A stretch of 63,808 nt of DNA, filler included, from Hausera hauseri (taxonomy: Eukaryota), in NCBI GenBank assembly GCA_046269625.1. It is 10 parts of 10 records of this genome, joined end to end, with 100 filler letters (N's around TTAATTAATTAA, not from the genome) between each part and the next. Parts side by side here need not be neighbours in the genome. Positions count along the whole stretch, not along the records: positions 7,454 to 15,346 come from JBJURY010889845.1; positions 15,447 to 21,220 come from JBJURY010191638.1; positions 21,321 to 26,028 come from JBJURY010466579.1; 7 more parts are not named here. The stretch is one strand, 5' to 3'. The stretch's first letter is position 1, and the number at the start of each line of letters is the position of its first letter. The position numbers were made by a program, and so were the translations under genes. Positions 12,101-22,489 of the stretch are shown piece by piece. Under the pieces are notes generated by a model. It had not been told where the DNA came from. It saw only the letters and a list, made by a program, of their open reading frames with translations, and did not search any database.

Positions 12101-12840
12101 CGGCCCGAAAAAACAATAAATATATATTGACTTGTATTGATCGACTGACTCACTTTGTCGAATTGGTGGCGATGGGCGACCAGAGGGCAGAAACTTTGGC
12201 CGAAGCTGTAGTAAGAAGAACAATTTGTCGATATTGGCTCCCAAATTAAATACTGACAGATCGAGGAAGAAATTTTACTAGCGAACGGTTTGAGAAAATT
12301 GCTAAAATATTCGAGATAGAGAAGTTAACTACGACCGCATACCATCCTAAGTGTAATAGAATGGTTGAACGAATGAATGCAACAGTCTTCATTCTTAAAC
12401 CATTCTTCATGATGTATGGACGTGCGGCTGTGTTACCCACAGATTTAGGGATGATACCATACACGCTCAATACCGAAGATTTAGAACAGAATTTTGCAGA
12501 AGTGCTCCAGACGCTATTACAAAAATGTCGGGAAATTGCTAAAGAATTGTCTCAAGAATATAAGGAGCAGTTTAAAAGACAATATGATAAGAAAGCAAAA
12601 TGACACGACTTAGAACAAGGGAATTGGGTTTATGTACATTACTAAGTAGCTAAGAAAGGTACGACGTTAAAACTGACTAATACAGGAAGAAGACCGTACG
12701 AAGTTACTAAAGCTACGCCAACTACGGCATATGTCAACAAGAATGGAATAGAAGAGGTCGTATCAGTGCAGAGAGTCGTTCAAACAGATATACGATTAAA
12801 CAAACATTACAATTTACGACCACGCGAGACAAATTTCATC
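9119..12840 (+). pseudogene. pol: Disrupted pol of B1: PR (~9440-9740), dUTPase-like segment (~9830-10090), RT (~10300-10930), RNase H (~11160-11550), IN (~11870-12800)
   Basis: ORFs 9119-9742, 9974-10168, 10181-10486, 10600-10926, 11053-11322, 11630-11914, 11923-12249 and 12361-12603, with canonical motifs in gypsy order. Confidence 0.92.
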
Positions 12841-12849
12841 AATAATTGC

Positions 12850-14230
12850 TAGGCCGATCTCATATGTTCAGATAGTTTTAGCACTGTCGTTAATCGCTTC
12901 GTATATCCGAAAAGCACAAATTCAATGGTGTAACGATAAAACTGAGCTAGGAGATGTATATATAATTTGAAAGAGTGGATTGAAGTTGAAACCCATTATA
13001 ACGGAAGTTAAACCAACGACCGAAGAGATCCAAAAACGCGAAGACACTCTTCTGTTACAATCAATGAAGTCTAACTATTTTTCACCTGATTCTGTGTGTG
13101 TTAAATTTAAAAATTGGTGACCGCATCATAACTTTGGAAAATTTAAAGTTGTCCTATGCGACATAACAAAAGAGAAGCGAAAAACTGTGATTTTGAATCC
13201 GGAGATTATACACAGTGCTGCGACGTAGATTATGGACACATCTACATTCTTACTTATTGGTTATACTTACCAGACTTATCGGAAGTCTATATCGAAGTAA
13301 ACCAACAACTTAAGTTAGTTATCCCCAATTGGGCCAGAAGATTCAAGGTGACACTCAACGAAATGCTACAATCCACTGATCCAAATATAAGGCTATTAGA
13401 TGAAAATATTAAAGGAATCTCAGTAGATGAGGAAAAACAATGCATCCAAGTAGACGCTCAAACAGGATTAACTCTTAGTTAAGAAATTAGTATTGTTTTC
13501 GAAGCAGTAAACGGGAAAATCCCGAAAATAGAGTACTGCTCCGTTCATGCCGGCACGCAACATCCATGTTGTAAGCTGCCAGTAAACCGAGAATTCAAAA
13601 TAAAATTTGACTCATGTCAAGTACGACCAAATAAACTGAGCAAACACTTGCGAACTTTTTTACCACATGTCTTAATATGGAAGATTCCAATAAAGACGAC
13701 AAACAAGAAACCGACCACTCGAGTTAGTGACGTTAACAAAACCGTTACATCGAACAGCATGTCTAAAAAAGAATTAGAAAGTATACCTATCAAATATTCG
13801 ACACATCGATTTAAAATTGTTCTTTGTGGAAGAAAAACTAAATTACGATATACATATAAGCTGCCGAACAACGTATAATAATCAAATTGTAATATTACTT
13901 AAAAACACTTACCAGACAGAATGAGATTCGTTAAAACAACAATCGGATTATATAATACAAATTATGTAGAAGATAAAAAAAACCAAACAACCACATTGCG
14001 TATCCTAGACGGAATTCTTGTGGAATCGCATATATACGAAAAGGTAGACGATGAAATCACAACTCAAGTCACCAAACAAGCACAAATGGGATTAACCACT
14101 TTATCGACGGTATAAATTATCGTATTATCAAAGTTTGCTCTCATTATATTAATTGCGATGTTTTGATTAGTTACCAAAAATTGTCATTCTACGCTCCTTA
14201 AACTACAAAATGGGAAGTAAGTGAATTGGA
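12850..14230 (+). pseudogene. Second type-I membrane glycoprotein-like ORF after the integrase (B1)
   Basis: Signal-like RPISYVQIVLALSLIASY, Cys block CDFESGDYTQCCDVDYG, Thr-rich stalk and hydrophobic TM near 14110-14175. Homologous to 45230-46565 on -. Confidence 0.65.
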
Positions 14231-14255
14231 ACCCCAAGAATACCTCCATGATAAA

Positions 14256-14359
14256 ATAACCTGACAATTACAGATCGGGTAATTCTATCCTAAAACAAAG
14301 TGGTTTTGGTTTAAAACCATAATTTCTTTTAGGATTAGCCCTTACTTTTTATTTTTCAG
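14256..14359 (+). promoter_or_regulatory. Conserved hairpin plus splice-acceptor-like site (B1)
   Basis: ATAACCTGACAATTACAGATCGGGT is identical to the reverse complement of B2 ~45191-45215; followed by TTAGGATTAGCC, a pyrimidine tract and CAG. Confidence 0.6.
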
Positions 14360-14389
14360 ATTGGTAAGTACCAATAGGACGACCAGTAA

Positions 14390-15113
14390 TGACAACGAGA
14401 AACATAGTATCGACGATTTCTTAAAGAGATGTATCACTCTGCTTATTCTCAAATCGAAATCCATCGACCGCCAAATTAATAACGAGGTATATTAAAAAAC
14501 CCATGTGGAGTAAAATCGGACAAGTGAGATCCCTAATAATATGAAAGGGACAACGGAAGAAGATCGAGTCATATATCTTTATGCTACGAGGGACGATAGA
14601 GATGTCAGATCATATTCGCTGAACCAACTAGCCAGAATTGAACCAGTATATCATCATAATAGATATATTCACCTTGCAGACGGTGAGCTCTATTACCGGT
14701 TAAGGAATCAACCATGGAATGAAAGTAAAGGAAGACAATACAAATTTAGTACGTTCCATATGTGTAGTGGAGATTTCTATTTCAATAACTGTGAACTAGA
14801 ATTGCGAATAGCAGCATTTCCGGTAAAAATGATGATAGAAATCACCTATGAAGATGCGCCCTTTATCAAATTGCCCTCGGTGAAGTTCGAAAGCCAGCCA
14901 TCCGAAAGAGATCAAGATGATCACTTAGGCTCGTATCGACCTGTTCAAGATGGAAGAAATGTACGGGTTATTGCAGTAACCTACGGATAGAAGGACGATG
15001 GCAAATATATTTCTATCGATGTCTCCGTCAGAGACATAAATGGGATAGAAGTATATTCTAAACTAATTAGTCCTATTGAGAGGGTCAGGGAAACCTATGC
15101 TGAAGTTACCTGA
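14390..15113 (+). pseudogene. 3' accessory ORF of B1, unknown function
   Basis: ORF 14541-14990 plus flanking frames; N-terminal SIDDFLKR matches DIDDFLQH in the B2 3' ORF. Confidence 0.5.
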
Positions 15114-15118
15114 GTAGT

Positions 15119-15346
15119 GGGAAGGGAGCGCATGAAGCCAACCCCCCCCGGAAGGAAAATTTCTCTGATTGACCAATCAGAGAGCAGAAAGGGGAAGAAA
15201 AAAATGAGATTGACCAATCAGATAGGAGGAAGTGTGTGTGTGTTGTTGAAGAAAATTAACCAATAAGAACGCAGGATTCCCAGCTCTAAATTTTATATAG
15301 GAAAATGTGGCTCAGTCGGGGTTTCACTATTCCCACCCCTTTTGGC
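15119..15346 (+). promoter_or_regulatory. PPT and start of the 3' LTR of B1 (three CCAAT boxes and a TATA)
   Basis: GGGAAGGGAG at 15119-15128, TG at 15133, TTGACCAATCAG twice, AACCAATAAG, then TTTATATAG near 15292. Confidence 0.65.
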
Positions 15347-15446
15347 NNNNNNNNNNNNNNNNNNNNNNNNNNNNNNNNNNNNNNNNNNNNTTAATTAATT
15401 AANNNNNNNNNNNNNNNNNNNNNNNNNNNNNNNNNNNNNNNNNNNN

Positions 15447-16070
15447 CCACCAACTATACACTAACAATGGATAACCGTTACGCACCATCGGCATAATCCA
15501 ACTGTCTTCCACATTACAACACTTTCCGGAAGTCTTTCACGGGACTTTCATTACAGCAAACGTGCAGTCACCCATTCCTAGTTCCGACTTTCTCATATTA
15601 CCATCCTTTAGTAAACTGTAAAGTTCAAATAAAATTTCTGCAACAAATAACTCTACAAATGACATCGATAATGACATAAATTTATACTAAAATCCTCATT
15701 ATTTAATATAAATAATAATAAAATTGTAAATAAAAATTGGGAACGTTGAGATATGTGGGGATGTGTCCTCCACCGATATCACACCACAAACAACCTCAGC
15801 ACCTGATGAGCATTTGTCGACATCATCATCATCCTTCAGCCTATTACCATCGGACTTTCAAACATTTATAACTTCACAGTGTCCAAAAACTTTCGAGAAA
15901 CATCCACTTTTCAAACCTTCCAACATGTTCCATTTTATAGTTACCTTCATTCAATGACCAATACGTAAGAAAGTGCGATCTCTCACCACGTCGCCAACGA
16001 ATTCCAAGCATTAGAAATTGCCGGCATAATAAGGCGATCAAAATGCCCTTGGGCCTCACTATACAATCAG
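15447..16070 (+). mobile_element. Family A gypsy fragment (PR to pre-RT remnants)
   Basis: PIPSSDFL, PLFKPSNMFHFIVT..PIRKKVR and KMPWAS are homologous to A1 ~2790-3365. Confidence 0.7.
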
Positions 16071-17567
16071 ATATTGCATAGAATGTTTCATTGTAAAAGA
16101 TTTAATTCTGTAATATTCCAATAAAACAACCATATTTTTGGGGGTTTTAACTTACTCCAGAGAACAGTTGTTAAATTCCCGAGGATGCAACGAAATTTGT
16201 TCGGGGATTTTTATAAAAATAAACCTCTCCATCAAATAAAACTGATCTGATACCTGATTTAAATATTCAAAAGGAAAACTGATGAATGGTTTAATAGAGA
16301 CAATTGATCGTAAAATTTGTCATCGTATGCATCAATCAACATGGCAGTAAATATGAGGTTAAGTCAATATTTCAAAAAATATGACCGTATAATTTATTTT
16401 TCACACATATTGAAACTAAATTAACTATACAATATACTACAAGGTCGGGTAAAAATACCACCTCGCAAAGCTGTGCACTTATTCATTATTTATGCATTTA
16501 AACGTGGACGTTTACCTAATTTTGGGTAGCATAACAAATATCAGACTGGAATTTGATACCGAATCCACACGCAAATCCTTCCGAGAATTTTGCCATAGGA
16601 TGAATGCAAAATAACGTTTTTTTTTTACTTTGGATTGTTCCAATGGTACAATGAAAAGGAAATCTGGACGAAAATAAACATCGATTATCCACCGATTGTA
16701 TTAAACAATGTGAACATCGCTAAGACTTTGGTAACATTTTGTGACCGTTGATGAACTCTTTTGTGTACTCGTAGTAAATTAATTTCAAAATATTGTAAAA
16801 TAGTTGGCATTGTTGTTTTCTGATATATACATTGGACAAATTATTCTTCCAATATTTTGCCAACATTCATATAACATCTTGATGGCACAATATTGACAAT
16901 TGGGATGTTTCTAGCCCAAAGATTATTTGACTTGATTAGTTGTCTTGCTAGAGCATATTTGTGTTTCATATTCACATGCCTTATTCTTGTATTTTCAATA
17001 GCAGGAAGCGATAGTGTTTTTGTTGATATCAATAGATGAATTCGGTTCATTCAAAATATTTTTAATGCTGTCGTCTAGTACACTGATTAGAATTTCCGAA
17101 AAATTTTCTGGTGTTTCGTTTGAAGTACAGCTATCGGCTGTGAAATATCGTATTATTTCATCAGTAGACACTGATGTGTTCTTTACAGGTTCATAATTGT
17201 AAATGGGTTTTTATTAGTAATACTATTCATATGAAAAAAGATGGAATAATACCATTTGGTTTTACTAAAGTAGCATCAATCTCGGAACTTGTGATGATTT
17301 CATTTTCTACTTTGTTTTCATTAGTGAGAGACAATTTCATAGAGTTGTATTCTTCGTAGAAGGTTGAATTTGCTTTTTCTCAATGATAACTAAATCTGGC
17401 CACATGTAAGCTTCCAAATGTTTCTTTCCCCAGTGTTTTCTGAAGTGTTTGTATGACTGCCAACAAAACGGGGAATTGGCAGGCAGAAGTCTAGCGGTAC
17501 CAGATAATGTACCAAATAATGGACCGGCTGCCGAAGTGATGGTGACGCTCGTAACCGCGACACCACA

Positions 17568-19005
17568 CTCACCCTTACACGTCATATCCAAGAAAGATGA
17601 ACCTTCAGGCTTTGTGGCGATTACCGCCAGTTAAACACCATCACGATTATGGACGCATATCCACTCCTACTTATCAATTAATTCCTGCAGAGAGTGAGCT
17701 ATACATCCATCTTCTCGTCCACTGGTCTTCACAAGGCATATTACCAAATACTAGTCGCCCGCTGACATACCGAAAGCGGCTGTCATAACACCTTTCGGTC
17801 TTTTTGAGTATGTTTACATGCCGTTTAGTCTTCGTAATGCCTCACAGACATTCCAAAGGCACACTGACATAGTTCTCGCTGGCTTGAACTTAGTTTTTCC
17901 ATATATGGACGACATAATCATTGCTTCGTCGTCTCCAAAATAACACGCTGAGCATCTGCGCATAATCTTCAAACGACTTCTCCAGAACAAGCCTGAAGTG
18001 AACTTTGCAAAATGTTCTTTCTCCAACACAAAATTGACTTTCTGGGACACGTCATCACTCAATCTGGCCATTCTGCTCAACAAGATCGCATCACTCATCT
18101 TAAAAACTTTCACTACGCACATCAACAGAAACGCGCTCCTTTCTTCGAACACTTCACTTCGTGCACAAGTGTGCCCCACTGTTTAACACTTACGGCAGCA
18201 TTCATCTCACTCAGCTCCGGTAAGAAGGAACAGCTTATTCACTGGACTGCTGACTTAATCATCTTCGAACACATCAAAGACAACCTAAAATCCATGGGAA
18301 TTTTTGCATATCCTGATCCGCACTCCGAACTGTGTCTAACAACAGACACATCCACTACAGCAGCAGTTACAGTACTTCATCAATTCAAGGACGACTGTCA
18401 TCAACATCTTGAATTTTTCTCACGAAAATTCACAAAAGTCGAACAACGTTATTCCACTTTCGGCAAGGAGTTACTTGCTATGGTCCTGGCAATAAACACT
18501 TTAAACACCTACTTTCACGTACATTCACAATACAAACGGACAATAATCCCTTACTTCACAGTAACACTATGAAATCCCCATATCCACGTCAGTAGAGACA
18601 AATTTTTTACCTCTCAACGTTCGCTTTTTATATTAAACACATTTTAGGGGTTGATAATTTAGTGGCTGATTTTTTGTCGCGCTCCGTCGACTCGATCACG
18701 TTTACAGTCATTTTTGACCACGAGCTACTCCGACGGAACCAGCCAAATATTATAAAATCATTGATGGCGTAACTTTGGACAAATCCAATCCTGGATTCAC
18801 TAAAATCATTCTATCTCATACTTTCAAAAAAAAACTGCATTCAACAACATTCATTCACTGCATCACCCAGGATCCAAAGTTACATATCGCATTCTTAAAC
18901 AATAAGTTACCTGAGCATCAATGAGATCGGATATGTAGAATTGAGTTAGGCAGCGTGTGACGTGTCAAATGTTTATAGTAGCCAAACACCTCAAGCCTCC
19001 ATCCT
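17568..19005 (+). mobile_element. Family A gypsy fragment (RT, RNase H, IN start)
   Basis: SPLHVISKKD, TPFGLFEY, YMDD, TTDTS, YSTFGKELLA, HSLHHPG. Confidence 0.88.
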
Positions 19006-19068
19006 TAGCGCGTTGGACCGTCTTCTGGATGACCGGAGGCTGTTCCACTCCGTTCTACCAAACCTGAG

Positions 19069-19170
19069 TGTAATGCCCACGGCGGCCGGTGCCCTTTGGC
19101 CCATTTGGTTGGGTGAGGCTGGGCGTCCGCTGTCGCCGCGTCGGGTCGATAATCTGGTCCGACTCCCCGC
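19069..19170 (+). repeat. Family A LTR 5' fragment (subtype 1)
   Basis: TGTAATGCCCACGGCGGCCGGTGCCCTTTGGCCCATTTGGTTGGG matches the reverse complements of 36900-37007 and 61590-61684. Confidence 0.75.
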
Positions 19171-20799
19171 CTTATGAATTTAATCCGTCGAATTAGAAGA
19201 GAAGATTATCCTTAAATCAGAACCAATACACACTTTAGACTCATCTTTAAAGATGAAATCTACTCTACTCCATGACATAAACAGTAGCCGAGTAATTGAG
19301 GAGCCGTGCCTTTCAAATCACCGTATCATAAGACAGCGGCATAATTCCAATCAGAACGTTAATCCTTTGATGCCAACCAAAAATGATTCTGAAAGTGCTA
19401 CGACAAATACAGATTTTGTACAGACCTACCTCCAAAATCCCATCACGAAACCTAATCGTCACAACGTTTCGTAAGACAATAAAATAACAACGCAACAATT
19501 TAATTAAAAATCTCGCTCACTGAAGGAAATAAATCAGTTGACATATTTCTAAAATTCTTCACAACTGTATAAAAAGCCATTTTGTTTTATGATTTGAATT
19601 TTTCGATTTTAACTTGAATTTCACGCTAAGCTACTAACTTTTTGTAATTCGATTCTAATTCGATTTTTTGGCGATTTGAATTTAAATTTTACCTTTTCTT
19701 TTCGACAGTTTCGATTTAAAAAATTTACTAAATCTTCGATTTATCAAACAAATATTTCAACAGGAATTTCACAAGATATGAAAAGAAATTACAGTAATAA
19801 TTATGACTACAAGTTTCTGATCTGAGCGTTGTTTGCAGTGCTTTGAAAAGTTTTCCGTTTTTGTTGAGTGTTACATTAATTTAAAGGCATGTTTACAAAC
19901 TTATTATTCCCAACAGGCTAATTCGATTTTTGCCGAAAAATGTTGATCAGAATTATTTGATTAAACAGTATCAAGTCAATTTGGAATTTTTGACGAATTA
20001 AAAGGTTGTTTTGAATCTAATTGTTGGAAAAAATTAACTCATCTTCTGTTTACGTGTTCTGGTTCTGATACTCAGAGTACATTAATAATACGACTGTTTC
20101 TTAGAAAGGATGCTTGGAGAATAGCACGGGGTTGTAAAACTGACGCTATATTTGTAAAACAGGAAGAAATTAATATGTATGACCGTGCTCGGTTATCACT
20201 GTTTAAAAGACAGAATACTGAAATATTCGATGAGGGGCTTACAAAATTTAGTCGGGAATTTTGGCTGCAGTGGTTCTCGCAAGATCTATCGATCGATATC
20301 ATGTTATCCAACAAATGGTGTCAGAAAATTTACCCGTTTATTTTGTGCCACACGGACAAGGATTTTTTCACCAAGGTAACGTTCATATTTTTTCTATTGT
20401 AAATTTTAAACATTCCGACGATAATACTAACGAATATATATTCCATCTCTTTTTGCAAACTAGAGCTAATGATCTGCACGTTAATACCAACTAGTTTCTG
20501 GACATAACCGGCAACAAACCCCCGTTAACTCTAGCTAGATTCACATCTGCTTTCCCTCAAACAGGTTTACTGATGGCCGTTTGCGCACATAACAACACAC
20601 CATTTTGCTTGGCTGTTGGATCCGACGGTGACCATTTCACTATTAACACAACAAATAAATAATCAGAGTGGCAACCGTCAAAAACCAGTTTTTTCTATTT
20701 GGGGCTGTCAATGAAAGTGGAAAAGGTACTTACTACCAATAGATATATGAAACCCGGATGCAAATTCGTTTAGATAGGCGAATCACACAAATACACAGC

Positions 20800-21110
20800 A
20801 TACAAATTAGCAGAATTGATTGTGACTGTCGTCTATAACAATACGGGTAAATCGGTGTCGGGTATTTTGTTGTCGATGATTAGTGATAATTTCCATCAAA
20901 ATGGGTTCACGAATAATGATGGGAAATTTCAATTTAGTAATTTGTTATCAGGGAAATACTATTTACGAGCAATGATTGAAGGAATAGCAGAGGAAATGAC
21001 AATTCGGGCAATTCATGCATCATTTAGTGTTTATGGGAAAATTGCTTCATTGAGTAGTAAACCAGAAATTGCCGTGATCGTTGAGTCGCATCCATTGCGA
21101 ATGGATTATG
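20800..21110 (+). pseudogene. NOMO: Nodal modulator (NOMO) fragment
   Basis: SGILLSMISDNFHQNGFTNNDGKFQFSNLLSGKYYLRAM...SFSVYGKIASLSSKPE parallels NOMO1 GVLLSLSGG..DNGILTFSNLSPGQYYFKPM...YSCYGTVSSLNGEPE, with an internal deletion. Confidence 0.75.
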
Positions 21111-21320
21111 CAAACAATTTTCATTGGTCTGTAAAATGGACTTGTTGCGTAACGAATATGGAGTGACCGATGGAAAAACATTACATACAAGGAGCTCGGC
21201 TACCCCGAAGTTTGCGATCCNNNNNNNNNNNNNNNNNNNNNNNNNNNNNNNNNNNNNNNNNNNNTTAATTAATTAANNNNNNNNNNNNNNNNNNNNNNNN
21301 NNNNNNNNNNNNNNNNNNNN

Positions 21321-22100
21321 CATGTTAGAATATATCTGTATCCTTTATTTATTTTAGCGAATGGAATCATCTCCATCAGATCCATTTGCCACATCCATTT
21401 TACGGATTTGTACAAGTACTTTCTTGTTGGAAATATTTTCAACACAGGTTTCTTGAGACCGTATGTCAACTGCTGCCTCAACCACTTGTCCGTTTCCATT
21501 TTGCTCTCCTTTACTGATTTGGACAACCTTGCTTCGCGTCCGAAACCAGCTGAGTCTTCGGAATTGTACCATATCTTCTCCAACAATACAACAATTAGAT
21601 CGAATATTCAATGCGAGATGGACAATGGCCCATAACATTAGAGATGATCCATATCAATCAGCATTTATGCCTCTTCCTCCTTTCTTTTAATGGCATCATC
21701 TATGGCACCTATTGCTTTTGTTGTACCATATGATACAACTGCAGTTGAAGTAGCTAGAAGTACAATACTAGCAAGCCAGCTAAGGAATGGTACTAGTTCT
21801 GCCCATATGAATCCATTTGCCCTTCTTGATTTATATAGTGTAGTCGTTTATCACCGAAATATTTTGTATTGGATTTGGTATTGGGCTGAAATATCTGTTG
21901 AATAATGTATCGTTTCGTACATAATGCGCTTGTCGTGACCATTTCCAACAATGTATCTCGATACTTGTTCAATTTATTTTTATAATTCCCAATAGTAACA
22001 TTACCCATCACAATATTTTGTATGACTTTAATGAAATCCTTAATTTCGAATGATAAGAACGCAAGGAAAAGTTCCCATCTACGTGATCCATTCTTTAATA
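21321..22100 (-). mobile_element. Maverick/Polinton fragment: c-integrase N-terminus and upstream small conserved ORF
   Basis: IWYNSEDSAGFG..WLRQQLTYGLKKP..FPTRK..WQMDL..NKGYRYILT (21321-21586); upstream IQNIVMGNV..KLNKYRDTL, then GFIWAELVPFL. Confidence 0.85.
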
Positions 22101-22489
22101 GTATAAGGTTCCACCTTACAAAAAATACTATTAAGAAAATCAAAAAATAACAATCAGCAATATTACGGATTCAGCCTAATTAAAAAATATTAAAATTAAA
22201 TTTTCTTAACATTTTCACAAATTCATCTATACAAAAATAAAGATAGAAGAATCAAAAGAGGAGAATCACAAGTGCCGAAGTGACCAGCACTTTGTGACCA
22301 ACAACAAAAAATCTGTGGATTTAAATTCATTTGTTTAAATCCAAGGTTGAAACCCAGTTTTTTATATTCAAAAAGAACTACTCAGAAAAATCGAAAAAAA
22401 ATTTTCGAAAAAGAATGACAGAGAAAGTTCCAAACAACTATTTCCAAACATGCTTAAAGCATCGTCTGTTCGCAACGATAAGAACAAAA

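Larger units (their letters stand above)
5999..15346 (+). mobile_element. Large env-bearing Ty3/gypsy element, family B, copy B1 (5'-truncated; spans the linker at 7354-7453)
   Basis: Bcl-2-like, env, PR (YALMDIDS), RT (YLDD), RNase H (KTDVS, TDHK, DANALSRL), IN (HDSYLAG..CEVC, DIAGPL, ILTDRG), second glycoprotein, 3' ORF, PPT and LTR. Collinear with copy B2. Confidence 0.88.
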
